Below, one piece after another: positions 38,586 to 51,574 of a stretch of DNA of 64,000 nt. The first letter of the stretch is position 1, and every line of letters begins with the position of its first letter. This DNA comes from Octopus sinensis (lineage: Eukaryota). Position numbers and translations under genes: made by a program. The notes below the pieces were generated by a model. That model saw nothing but the letters and a program-made list of their open reading frames with translations, had not been told where the DNA came from and did no database searches. The stretch lies in the NCBI RefSeq assembly GCF_006345805.1, contig NC_043016.1:12028001-12092000 (forward strand), written 5' to 3'.

Positions 38586-40041
38586 ATAAGTCTTTGTTTG
38601 GTTGAACACACTTGCCCAAAATGAAACATAAAACTCTGTAATGGCAAAGTGAACTTCTTAAATACAGTTTACACAGAAAAGGAAATTTTTACATTCTGTC
38701 AGTTATGGAAAAAATATTAGTATTATTTTTTCTGATGTAAATACAATCCAAACAAACAAACACAAAAATAATTTTATATTAATAGTGTAAGTCTATGTAT
38801 AATGTAAGTACTCAAAAGAAATCACTAGGAAAGTTTCTAAACAAGAAACAAAGTTAAAAGTGGCAAACAATTAATAGGTTAGCTAATTTAGTTTTAAACA
38901 ATCTAAAGATGGATTATATGCAAAAATCTTACTTAATCAAATCTGTTAACACAATTTTAGATCTAAGAATTAATTGTAACAGATATTCTTTTTTAAAAAA
39001 TAAGTTGCAAAACATTTTCACACACATTTGTAATGACTAAAACAAATGCAATAAAAATATTAATTCCTATTTAAGATGATCCTTGTATTTTTTTGGTTAA
39101 AACTGATCAAAAACTTTCCAGCTATGTCCAACCGTTTTTTTTTTTAATATATATAAACCACTGTATCCTTCCAACTTGAAAAAGTAGGGGCAATTTGAGA
39201 GAAATTTGGCTTCTATTTCTCTAACAGGTGAAATGACTGACTGCATAGGGGATCCCACATGGATAATTCTTGTAGTTTAACTATCACATACATTTCTAAT
39301 GAAATATATTTGGAAACACGTTTTATAACTGGAACCACATAATGTTTGCTGATAATATTAGAATCAAATGGAAACCAAAAAAATTAAAATTTAATTTCAT
39401 AAAATATTTTGCAACCAACCCCCATGATTTAAGTTGATTAAAGTTTAATCTAATGTACTTAATTCATCACTTCAGTATACTGTTTGAAAGTAAGTATAAA
39501 AATATCTCAAAGACAAAGTTCCAGAGAAAGCAAAAAAAATGTTACTTTAGTTTACATTCCATAATTTTAAGTAATTACAACAAAGTTTGAAATGAGATTC
39601 CAGACCACTTATAAGGATTCCTCAAGAACTTTCTCTGTTCTTGAAAAAAACATTTAATTTATTAATTTGATACATTAAAGAAAACTTAAAGTTCTGGCAT
39701 ATGTAACTTGGCAATATTATTTGCCAAGCAATATGTGAATGGGGGAATAAAAACAAAAACAAATCCATTTTATCTTAAGTGCTGTTGTATAATTAAACAT
39801 GAATCATAATTAGAAAAAAAGAATATAAATTGAACAAGGAGGCCAATGTTGCATTGTTAAATGTATGGAGGTTGAAAGATACATCTCAGGGTGCTTTTAT
39901 GATACCATTTCTAAATTTGTCAAAGCAAGCTTAGTTAGTCAATAGCGTAATATTTTGGATCAAAATTTTTCTGACGTTAGTGAAACCAACAAATATATAA
40001 CACAAGAGATATTTAGTGATAACTTGGTAAAGCATACACAC

Positions 40042-40151
40042 CGGTCACGTGATTGATGTAATAAATGCCAATGTTAGAATCAAAAGACTGCTCCCAGCCA
40101 TAAGGTAATTCATTGCCAATACAGTCTGCAAATGTCTGAGGCTTAGTCTCC
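40042..40151 (-). CDS. WWC1: KIBRA/WWC1 ortholog, coding exon 2 (WW domain 2)
   Basis: Acceptor ttggcAG; 110 nt; completes the R codon then [36 protein letters not shown]+G; donor GTGTGT; phases match exons 1 and 3. Confidence 0.95.
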
Positions 40152-40239
40152 CTGCCAAAGAAGATAAAAGTAAAATCAATTTTGAGACAGCAAAATAATA
40201 ATTTACAAGACGCAGTTAAATAAACTTTATATACATTGT

Positions 40240-40240
40240 A

Positions 40241-40273
<33 letters not shown>

Positions 40274-41050
40274 TATATATATGTATATATATATATACAT
40301 ATATTATATATACATATATATATACATATATATATATACATATATATATAGATATATACACATATATATATACATATATATACATATATTATACATATAT
40401 ATACATATATATACATATATATATACATATATATATATACATATATATATACATATATATACATATATATATACATATATATATACATATATATACATAT
40501 ATATATACATATATATACATATATATACATATACATACATATACATATATATACATATATATACATATATATACATATATATATACTATATATATACATA
40601 TATATATATACATATATATATACATATATACATATATATACATATATATACATATATATACATATATATACATATATATACATATATATACATATATATA
40701 CATATATATATATATATATACAATATATATATATATACTATATATATATATACATATATATATATATTACATATATATATATACATATATATATATACAT
40801 ATATATATACATATATATATATACATATATATATATACATATATATATATATACATATATATACATATATATATATATATACATATATATACATATATAT
40901 ATATATACATATATATACATATATATATATATATACATATATATAAATACATATATATACATATATATATATACATATATATACACATATACATATATAT
41001 ACATATACATATATATACACATATATACATATACATATATATATATATAT
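40240..41050. repeat. About 810-bp compound (TA)n/(TACA) microsatellite
   Basis: Nearly pure A/T/C alternation; source of the Y/I-rich ORFs. Confidence 0.95.
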
Positions 41051-43132
41051 AGCAATGTCATTTGTTAACTTAGAGCAAGCAGTAAGTCAGAGTGTTTCCA
41101 CGATGAACTTCCTGGCATGACCTCTGCTTCCAAAAGATTTTTGATGAGTGAAGAACATTTTACTCGAGGTGTATTACTATGATTATATGCTGAAATTTAA
41201 AACACAAAAATAAAAACAGAGACGGGGGGAAAGGTTGCTAGCGTATATTCTCTCTGATATTTGTGAAAGTTATTTATTTAAAACAGGAAACACAGGTGGG
41301 GGAGGTACTATAAAGGAAACTTAGCGGAAGAAACAAAGTTAATTACATACGATAGCCTGCGCTTCTCATCCATGTAACTAATTTTACAGGAAGCAAATAT
41401 AACCCCTAGTTGTAGGGATACCTTTAACTCGTGAAAGGACTAAATAGTTTTAAAATTAGTTTTCCTATTTCCCTATTTGACTTGTCGAAATTAGAATCTT
41501 AGTTTTAATTGCAAAAAACACCTTCACTAACGAATAAAGTAGATCACTAATAAAGATTATAAATTATTAATTCAATTACTTGACAGATTCGTTTTTCCGG
41601 CAAAGGAATAATAAAAAAAATTTAAAAAACTTGCGGTTATGATAGTTTAAAACTACTTGATCCTTAACCAAAATAATAGTGGATAAAAACAAATAAATAG
41701 ATTGTGATAAATTTCACATAGAAAACTGAAAAAAGGTCAAAAACTAAATGAAAAATATTCAATTCTATCTTGTGAAATTGTGCAATGTTTTGAGCCATGA
41801 ATCAAATCAAGTCAGGAGTTAATTTTGAAACCGAACATTAAACTTTCTAATTTTAAAATATTTATTAAGTTTAATATAGCTATTTTATTTTCTAAGTTAT
41901 AATAAAGACTTAAAGATTGTGTGTGTGGGGATAGAAATTACTGTAATATCAAACTATTCAAGACATTTCCGGTATAAAATTATGAGTCAATCGGATCAGT
42001 AGATTAAGGTAATGCCAAGCTTCAATTCCAGTCTCTTTCCACCTTTACTAGTGTAAATCAACCATTTTAAAAAATCTTTACAGTCATTTCGATGCCAAAG
42101 AACATGCAAGAGGAATAAAACTAAAACTATTTCATAGGAATTCCACCCACCCACTCAATTGAGTTATCTTCCCCAGAAAATAGTTCAAAAAATAAACAAA
42201 ACTTTTTTTGTGAAGACAATGGTACTTTCTAAAGCAAGAACTCAACAAATGGTTAAATAATCCATTTGGATATTATACAATCTCATTTCATTTACGAAAA
42301 TATTTAGTAAACTTTGTAATTTAGAAGTTTAAAAAAAAACAAAAATCTTTTCATCTAATAAAAGAAATGTCTAGATGAAAGATAAATTTAATATTTCATA
42401 AACCAAGCATTGAAACTTTGTGAGTGTGTGTGTATAAAGAGAGACATATAAACACACACTCACACATGCATACACATCTACATACATACATACAAACCAA
42501 CAAACAAAAGTACAAACAAAATATTTGAAGGCCCCCAGGCTTCGTAATTTGCAGGTGCTTACTGATTTTGTAACTATTACAGCAAATAGCGCACTAAGAA
42601 TGATTTCAAAATGATATAAACATATTAAGCATACCACTATTCCAAAACTATGTATGCACTTTTAAATGCGCCTACACGTTAGATTTCTTAGGCAATGAGA
42701 ATAAATCTTTGGTTGATTGGTTCAAAATAACCGAAACCAATTCTTCTATTAGCAGCTGACAAATCTGATTTGAAAACAACAGCCATCACCAGTTAAATAG
42801 TGGAGCATCGTATACATATATTATGTTCGTACACCAAGAAAACATTTCGGATGGTTGTCATTTTAAACTAAATATAAATTCCATAATACACGCGACAAGC
42901 ACATGCCTGCCTTCACAAGAAGGAAAAACGGAATTATTAAATATTTGTTCGAAAAGCTGTACTGTTATCATTACTAAGAGAATTTATTCTATAGTTTGAA
43001 AAATAATGATGATCATGATGATGATAATAAACCAAGTCAATTAAAATAAGTCCTAAAATTAAAACTATTGTATTTCACACGTTTTTACTGTCTAGAAACG
43101 AACCTTTGAAGTGTGATAAATTTGATCCACAA

Positions 43133-44692
43133 AGGAATGTATGTTAACAGCTCTTTCACTAAGTGTATAGTAATTCAGTTTAGGGCAAAGTAGTTTAAGA
43201 ACTTTTATGAGCTATCATTTTTTTTTTTTTTTAACGTTCAACTCTTATAAATAGATTCCTTAACATAAGTGGCGAAGATCATTACAAAGGATGTTTTCTC
43301 GAGGAAATATTTCGGTCAACTGACATGTTGAAACCTCAAAAATAGTAATTTACATTCTAAAGTATTTAATGTTTATCAATACCCTTTCGAACAAGACATT
43401 AAATTAGGAAAAAAAAATACAAAACTAAATTATACTAGAACGATATATAAACTAGTACACGAGATCAACCAACCGGAATAAAAGTAAAAAAAATAAAAAC
43501 ATTTAGGAACTAAATGCGTTTTACTCCTCAGGAATTTCAAGGAAATGCTAGAATATCTAGATATTGTTACTTCTTTTAAAAGCTAAATATAGATTAGTTT
43601 CTTCTGTTAAAAGTAATGTAAGAAAAAGTAATTTATATGCATCTAATCATCTTAAATATGAAATAAACTCTCTTAAGTACAAGAAATTGAGCAAGTTCCC
43701 ATGGACAAGATGAAAGTGGTATGATATCAGCAGCTCACATACAAATATACACAAAAGTTGGCTTTTTTAAATAGTATAATAAAAAAGGAACGGGGTTGTT
43801 TCTATCAGTCACTAAGATAAGAACAGCCGAAATTAATCACAATTGTGTCCATAGTTCCTTGAGGGGAGGGGGAAAGAAGACAACTTTTGTAATGGACAAG
43901 AGTATTACTGAAGAACTTTTAGTGCGCAGAGGAATGGTTGGTCCGGTCTATATTTTAAGGAGATGGAATCTAGAACCAAGGTGGAGGTAAAAAAAAAAAT
44001 TAGTAAGTAAATAAAACAAAAAAAGAATTAGATAGCAACAAAGAGGGGGAAAAATATTGGCAGTGAAGTCAGCGACGGAAGCTGACGAACCTGCGGTCAT
44101 TGTTTTCAATAATTATACTCTTGAGAATAAATAATACGTTATGGAAATGGCTTTGCAGAGATGTCTTCCAAGTTTGTGAAAGTGGAATGTATAGTAAACT
44201 AGGAAAGCGGAAGAGGAATGGATAGACATTTAGATCTAATGTCTGAAAATAACCAAAGCTGCTCATTGTATTAATAATTATAATTATAATTGTAATAATA
44301 ATGATAATAAAACTTTCTAATATAAGCACAGGGCCTAATAAATAATAGACGTAATTTATTTTTTTATTAACGCACCAACATCATGAGTTTTATTTTTGTT
44401 GGGGAAAGAGAATGCAAAAAAATGAATCGCAATAAGTAGTAATAAGAATAAACAAACATAATTTTGTAATCTTTCGTCGCAAAACTAACAAAAAACAACA
44501 AAAAAACAGGCATTTATTAAGTCTATAAGAAGACAAGGATATATCCGATATTCCACAGGAAGCTGACAAACTATTTACCCCCTCCCTCCATAACAGAATT
44601 TCAACACACACACGCACTCTCACATAATATACCTTTATATATATATATATATATACTTGTTTGCTGGAGATGGCCTATGTATGTGTGTATGT

Positions 44693-44723
<31 letters not shown>

Positions 44724-45139
44724 GTACTTGTTTGCATACACATTTTCATGAGAACTGATTAAGATTTCAAGTTAACATTTGAGCTTATTATTAATTGTAT
44801 ACTTTTTAATTATACGTATAGATAAAATTAAAACAAAAAACAGGCATATATATATATACCAATCTTTGGTAGAAACATATCTAAGTTTATATATATATAT
44901 ATCCCGTTAATAAACAGCAAAGAAACTTGGTAATTTGACTTCTCTTCCTTCCCTCACAAAACTCTCCGGCCTGCATTCTTGCAAAGAAACAAGACTTACA
45001 TATTTATGCAAGTGCGAGCAAGAATATCTTATACAACAGACATGTATTTAAGGCAGACTATTTATTCATCAATGCATTAATCTGTTCACATTAAAGGGGG
45101 AAATGCTTTTTTAATTTTTTACTCTATAGACCCACTCAT

Positions 45140-45192
<53 letters not shown>

Positions 45193-45301
45193 CCATATGC
45201 GTATATATTTGTCTGTGTGTACGTATATGCAGGCATGCTGGAATGAGTGTGTAGTCGATCTACGCGGGTGGAGTTAGGGAGTAAGAATGTATACATTCTT
45301 A
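43133..45301. promoter_or_regulatory. Cluster of TEAD/Scalloped (MCAT)-like motifs in proximal intron 1
   Basis: GGAATG or AGAATG cores at 43133, 43930, 44183, 44214, 44409, 44973, 45239, plus the palindrome TAAGAATGTATACATTCTTA at 45282-45301. Confidence 0.35.
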
Positions 45302-45523
45302 TCGACACAAGCATTTCGACTAACGTCCCAGACACTCGCACTTGTCTATTTATCTCTCCCTAGATCACACACACGCACGCACGCACGCTCACACACACAC
45401 AAACATACATATATATATATATATATAATATATATATATTAACTTTGTTGGGTACTTCACTGGCAGTATATTGGGATATATGTTATCCCATGGAGGGTTG
45501 AATTTGCAACCCCTATCTCAATT

Positions 45524-45580
<57 letters not shown>

Positions 45581-45944
45581 GTGTAATTATACACATACAT
45601 ATGTATGTGTGCATGTATGTATGTATGTATGTATGTATGTATGCATGTATGTATGCATGTATGTAATTCACACACATCGGGCTCAGAACACATGCATTAA
45701 TTACCCCCGAATACTCAGAACGATCACTTGTTAAAACAATTAGTCGGACCTCAGTCTACCCGATGCACCCCCGAAAATATATATAAACAAATCTCACAAG
45801 GACAGAGAAAGCATTCGAGCAACAATGTTGTATATGAAGACAGTAATGGCAATAATAATAATAAGCATACCAACAACAACAACAACATTGGTAATGATAG
45901 TAAAATGATTGTACAAAAGAAAAGGGGGTAAAAATGATAACTAC

Positions 45945-46072
45945 CTGTCGCGCGGGTCAATCCATGTCGTTTTCTTTGAATTGTGGTCAATGTAGAATAC
46001 CTTTCCATCGTAATCGGTTCCTTCCTCCCATCCTGCTGGTAGGGATAGGTCGCCATTCCTCCATTTAGGCAT
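45945..46072 (-). CDS. WWC1: KIBRA/WWC1 ortholog, coding exon 1 (WW domain 1)
   Basis: ATG at 46072-46070; [42 protein letters not shown]+AG matches the KIBRA N-terminus (LPxGWEExxDxDGKVxYIDH...TxWIDPRDR); 128 nt; donor AG|GTAGTT. Confidence 0.96.
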
Positions 46073-46459
46073 TATTTTCAGCCACAAACTACGTGAGATT
46101 AGATAGACAGATAGATAGATGGAGACAGGACAGACAGATAGATAGACAGAAGGAGAGAGAGAGAGACAGAAGGAGAGAGAGACAGAGACAGAGAGAGAGA
46201 GGAAGGAAGAAAGAGAAAGAGTCACGTTACTCACACACACGCTCACACATTCGCAAAAAAAAAACACAGCAAACAGCTACATGGCGGAATTTTCCATCTT
46301 CGTTGACTTCTTTAAAAAATTGTATATATTTTTTTTTATTACTATTATTACGGTGATTATTATTATTATTATTATTACTCGCCTTGTTGGCTTTTGGCTG
46401 GCAGAGTTTCGAGATTAATACTAATGCTTCGTTGGATGTACACGACTCTTACTGGCCTG

Positions 46460-46467
46460 TGACGTCA
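46460..46467. promoter_or_regulatory. Full palindromic CRE (TGACGTCA) about 390 bp upstream of the KIBRA ATG
   Basis: Exact consensus in a CpG-retaining stretch; function untested. Confidence 0.5.
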
Positions 46468-46479
46468 TTTACACCGTAA

Positions 46480-46844
46480 CAGCTCTCACTCTCTCTCTCT
46501 CTCACACACACTCTCACTCACTTACTCTCTCCTTCTCCCCCCCCCCCTTTTTTTTTCTCCTCTCACCACTTCTTCAAACTTCCAGCTAGTATCACTACTG
46601 CTGCTACTCCTACTCCCTTGTCCACCTTAGTGTGTGCGCTCCCCTTCCCTCCTACTTCTAAAAATTCAAAACTTTCTCCTCTGTCTTCTGCTTTACTCCT
46701 ACTCCTACTCCTACTCCTCCCTTATTCGTCTTCTCTCCTCTTACTTCTTCTAATCGCACCGACTCCGTCTCCCTCTTCGTCCCATTCGTTGTTCGCATAC
46801 CACATCAGAATGATGTTAGTTCCTCTCTTTCTCTCTCCCTTCCT

Positions 46845-46881
<37 letters not shown>

Positions 46882-47189
46882 TTGTTAATTGGTTCTCTGG
46901 CGGAGTTTTTACTTGTCTGCAGACAGACAAAACTTTTTTGGCTTGTTTTTCTTCTTCTTCTTCTTATAATATTTCCTCCTTTTTTTTTTCTTTGTTTATT
47001 ATTTTTTTATTTTTATATTTTTTCTTATCCCCACAACAGAAATCTAAACTCTCTCCATCCTTAGCAAATGTTGCTATCTCTTTTCCTTTTTACTTTCTTT
47101 TTTCTTCTTCTTCTTCTGACATTCATCTGTCCACCTTCCCACTCCTCCTCCTCCTCCCCTCCTCTTCTGCAACATCTTCGCTACTTCAT

Positions 47190-47224
<35 letters not shown>

Positions 47225-47286
47225 CTTCCCCCTTTCCCCCCTCTCTACATAATTCTCATAACTCTTATTTATTTCCCTCTTTTGCA

Positions 47287-47325
<39 letters not shown>
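46480..47325. repeat. Long CT-rich polypyrimidine/low-complexity tract upstream of KIBRA exon 1
   Basis: (CT)n, (CTT)n and (CTC)n runs; explains the L/S-rich ORFs at 46618-47562. Confidence 0.85.
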
Positions 47326-48599
47326 TTTCATGCTCTGATTTATTTTCAATGTATTTATTATTTTTCTCACCTTTATATGCCCTTTGAAGTTTTTCTTTCG
47401 CTTTGGATTTGTTTGTTTTCGTTTGCTTTTTGTTTGTTTTTTTACTATATCAAATTTCAAATTTGTTTAAACACACACGAAGATAACTTGGTTCTATTTT
47501 GTTTATTTCCTATTTACTATTTAAACATCTACTTATTCTCATCCAAAATATTTTCCAATTGATTTTTAGAATTTAAAATTAACATTTATACAATTCGTGT
47601 GTACCTTGCCATGCTTTCGGCCCTGAATTCTTCGTGGGATCGTACGTTTAAAATCATGGTATATAGAATTTCATAAGCATTTTAAAACCAGGCAGAACCC
47701 ATCCCTCTTCAGGTCTGACCACAGCTAATTTCTTCCTGGAAGTAAGTGACAGAAGAATTGACTCCAGTACTAGATGGGATTTTTAATTATCAAGTTTCAA
47801 CAAAAGATGAAGTTTACCTTGGTGGGGTTTGAAACCAGAGTGCAGACAACTGAACGAATTCTGCAAAGCATTTTACCTTATGCTTTGATATATAGAGAAA
47901 GGGTTGTGGAGCTATGTTACAGTAATAGCTCCATCTCACCCTACTCTTGGAAGGCATGGAATTGTGAAACCATTTGAGTTAATGTAAATAAATCTTCTTA
48001 ATGAGTCCAAGTGCATTCTCAACTTCATCTCTTTATACTTCTGGTTCATATGAAAAGAACTTACTTTCATATTTTCTAGCTCATATGAAAAGAACTTTTC
48101 TTGTAAGGTCTACTGCTTCCATAAGTTTTGCTTTCAACAAACATTGTGGGAACTGAATTTCGATGAAGAATTAAATATTTACAATATAATGAGTATAAGA
48201 AAATTATTAATATTCAGGCTACCACTGCATTCATCTAAGATGAAGGGTCTGTAGTTATCTAACATTCAGGTTATTAATCCAGATAGCAAGTCTGTTATCT
48301 TACATTCAAGTTATTCAGCAAGATAACCACAGTCCCTGAATAAGATCTGGTAGTTTTCCTATGAATAATTGTGCTATAGCCATTATATAGTAAATATATT
48401 TATGTAGGTGTCATGATGGCAGCTCAGTGACTTGATCAAATCTTGACAACCTGAGATGCCTATGGGTTAAATGCAAAGCTGCATAGTAGAGACATGTGGT
48501 TCAGGAAAGCAGAAGAGCAGCAAAGATCAGAATGAAATTTATTGAACATGATTTGTTTGAAGTATAATATGAATGTGAAGGAACATCAAAATACACTGA

Positions 48600-48800
48600 G
48601 CTGAGAGAAAATCACACTTGTATGGGTGTGTGATGATATACAAATGAAGGGGAAGCCTGTATAAGGAAGTGCCAAGTGCTCGAAGTGAAGGGTTCCTGTA
48701 GAAGGAAACCCAGGAAAGCTTGAAATTTTGGCTGATCTTAGGATGCTGCACCACAGGAAGTAGATGACAATAATAAACAGATGTGGAGAAGACCTGACTA
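48600..48800 (+). pseudogene. RTE LINE 3' ORF2 remnant; similar piece at about 6430-6640
   Basis: ...CQVLEVKGSCRRKPRKA...LADLRML, resembling the RTE GRPRKTW...DL motif. Confidence 0.55.
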
Positions 48801-49399
48801 CTTGTGCACGACTGGTGAAATGCACAGCACTTTAAAATGGTTGAGGGGGTTAGTAATAGGTGCACGTATATATTCTTACATTCGGGCCTTTCCTTATTTT
48901 TTGTTCCATAATATATATATATTAGTACGAAAGCGCTAATATATGATGTATAAAAACATGTAACACTAATAAATATCTGTAAATATAAAACTGTCCGAAT
49001 TTCTGAGTACCGAATTTCTTCTGATATAAAATACCTGTACATCATCTCCAAACCTTCTAATATATTAGTATAATATATTTTCTAAGTCACCATCAGTTTC
49101 TTCTCTTACCTGTTTGATACCTTCTCGTTTCTGTATTGTTCCTCTCCTATTCACTGTACCTTGCTACCCAAAACTCATCATTGTCACCAACCTTTCTTCA
49201 GTTACCCATCTCTCTCATTCATTCTCTCTCTCACTCTCTCTTCAGCAAACATGTAGATGTCACTTTTATTTCTCTTTCATTATGATTTCTGAGTAGCAAA
49301 TGATTTTGAGTACCACTTTATATCTGATGCATGTCACCAGTTACCTTTCTGTGTTACCTACCATCTCTCTCACTATCTATCTATTTACACACACACACA

Positions 49400-49935
49400 C
49401 AGGGGTTGAATAAAATTATAGAAACAACACTTTATATTTAACCATATTTTTTTCTATTGGCAATTCTAAGTCTTTATATATGTGTTCAAGACCTATCTGA
49501 TTTCCAAAGGGGACAAATTGTTGGAGTATGCATGGCTGGAGATTCAGTCACTAAAATTGCTGAATTATTCAATGTCTCAAGAGAAATGATCTCTAAAGTC
49601 ATACTGGTATTCCAAAAGCAAGGCTAAAACCAACTCTTGTAAGCATAATTCTTGACAGAAGGTAAAGCTCACAAAGAGGGACTTTAGAACAGTGAAACTT
49701 ATTGTATCTAAAAAGTATTGACTTATGACTGTAGAAATAACAGCAGAGTTAAAACACAACTTTGTCGACTTTGTGCCAACCAAAAGCAATCATTGTGTGC
49801 TTAATAATGGTAAACATCATGGGTAAGCTGCATTTGGAGGATCTTTCCTGCCCTCCATCAACATAGATAAGTGGTAAAAATGGTGTCTTGATCATCAGAA
49901 GTGATCATTGGAACAGTGTCAACTCTGATGAATTA
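49400..49935 (+). pseudogene. Tc1-family transposon 5' part (HTH region to the first catalytic D)
   Basis: TIR-like CAGGGGTTGAATAAAAT; QDLSDFQRGQIVGVCMAGDSVTKIAELFNVSR from 49487 ... KWCLDHQK ... SDE; in-frame stops. Confidence 0.8.
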
Positions 49936-51574
49936 CACTGGACAACAAAGACTTTGCTATTGGGGTAAAAACAAGTTGCAGCACGGATTTTTGTCAGTGA
50001 ACAGGTCGCAGTCGTAAAAATAGGTGTTTTAGACTAAACCAAAGATGCTGATTCCGAATCCGCACTCAGAATTGTTCTGGCACATCAGGGGTTCGAGTTA
50101 TGCGCATGCGCAAGATTATAGCTATACTTTCAGCTAGATATAGGCTGTATTATAAAATTTGCTAAAATGAAAGCGGTCTTAATTTGAAATTAAAGAAATA
50201 AAGCAATAAAGCAAACAATAAGAAAGTTCAGTTTAGCAATAGATGGCGCTGATGTATTGTGTACAATGCCAAATACGTCAGTTTGTTCTTGGTAGCTCTC
50301 AGTATCATTTGCACTGCTGTCAGGTGTGGCATGTGTATCTCTCGCTCTGCGTGATTACTGTTTTAACCGTGTCCATTGTGTTAGATCAGGAATAGGAGAA
50401 TGTGTGAATCACCCAGCCAGCTTTTGTTATGTCTGTGGAAAACTTGCTCTGCATGACCAGCAGAGGAACATTGCCACCAAATTAAAAACTGCCTATAAAT
50501 ATTATTTCGGGTGTTGGGGACCAAGACAAAAGGTCAGCACCTCATATATGCTGCACCATGTGTTACTCAGGGCTTACACAGTGGCTGAATAGAAAACAGA
50601 AGGGTATGTCTTTTGCTGTACCAATGGTATGGTGTGAGCCAACCAATCATATCTCTAATTGTTACTTTTGCATGACTAATATTAGTGGTTTCTCAAAGAA
50701 GACCAAAGCAAAAATTGTGTATGCTGATTGTAAGTCGGCCCTAAAACTGGTCCCACGTGACTTCAAGAACCCTGTCCCAGTTCCCATCTCACATGATTCA
50801 CTGGAAGACCTTGACACGTCGCACAATGAACCCCTAAATCTCCTATCAATGAAGAGTATGTAGGTGATTCTAAAGAAAAATGAGCCAGGCTAGTTTAACC
50901 CATTAGTGTTTAAACCGGCCATATCTGGCCAAAATATTCTACCTATTTTATGTTCAAACTAGTCAGATATGGTCATTCATAGCTACCTTATAGTGTCATT
51001 TTAAAAATAAACAATCACATCATTGAAATCTCAAAGCCATGAAATGATGCAAGATTAATTTTACATGGTGTGAATACATAAGCTTTACATTTGACAGAAT
51101 AATCTGAACGCTAAAGGGTTAATCAAGAGGATTTGAATGATTTAGTAAGAGACCTAGTATTGTCAAAGGAGAAGGCAGAAGTTTGGGGATCCAAACTACA
51201 ACAACGGAATCTCCAACAGCAAGGTACGAAAATTTCCATTTTCTGTTCTCACCGTAAAAGCTTAGTTGTGTTTTTCAAGTAAGAAAATAATGCTTGCTTT
51301 TGTACTGATGTTAATGCACTCATGCAAAAACTAGGACACATGCATGTGGCTAACAGATGCAGATTGTTCATAGACTCAAGTAAGGTTAGCCTCAAAGCTG
51401 TGTTGTCACATAATGGTAATGAAAAACCTTCCATCCTTATGGGTCATGTTGTTGGTATAGAAGAAAGTTAAGAATCAATGGAACTCTTTCTGAAAGGAGT
51501 CAATTACTCAGTTCACAAGTGGAGTATTTGTGGTGATTTAAAGGTGATTTCCTTCTTCCTAGGTTTGCAGCTCG
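49936..51574 (+). pseudogene. Chapaev3-like (CMC) DNA transposon, 3'-truncated, with a disrupted transposase
   Basis: TTA|CACTGGACAAC start; FCYVCGK...YKYYFGC / GDQDK..APHICC..C ... FAVPMVWCEPTNHISNCYFC; NQEDLNDLVRDL; LFIDSSKVSLKAVLSHNGN ... WSICGDLKV; frameshift and stops. Superfamily assignment is from motif recall. Confidence 0.7.
50899..51118. mobile_element. piggyBac-like MITE (TTAA target, CCC...GGG ends) inserted in the Chapaev3-like ORF
   Basis: TTAA at 50895-50898 and 51119-51122; removing it restores the transposase frame; related copies at about 25982-26203 (inverted), 29368-29594, 34501-34721, 54125-54345, 58995-59215 and 59480-59962. Confidence 0.75.

Noticed and set aside
19993-38647. 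Recurrent FDCGHAGAPPL peptide ORFs (e.g. 19993, 36964, 38417)
   Set aside because: Antisense translation of the family B SINE tail, not a gene family.
40013-41061. Many long Y/I-rich ORFs
   Set aside because: Translations of the (TA)/(TACA) microsatellite; only 40042-40151 is a real exon.
45941-46267. 108-aa ORF as the true N-terminus
   Set aside because: It starts at a non-ATG codon and crosses GA/CT repeats; KIBRA homology begins at the ATG at 46072.
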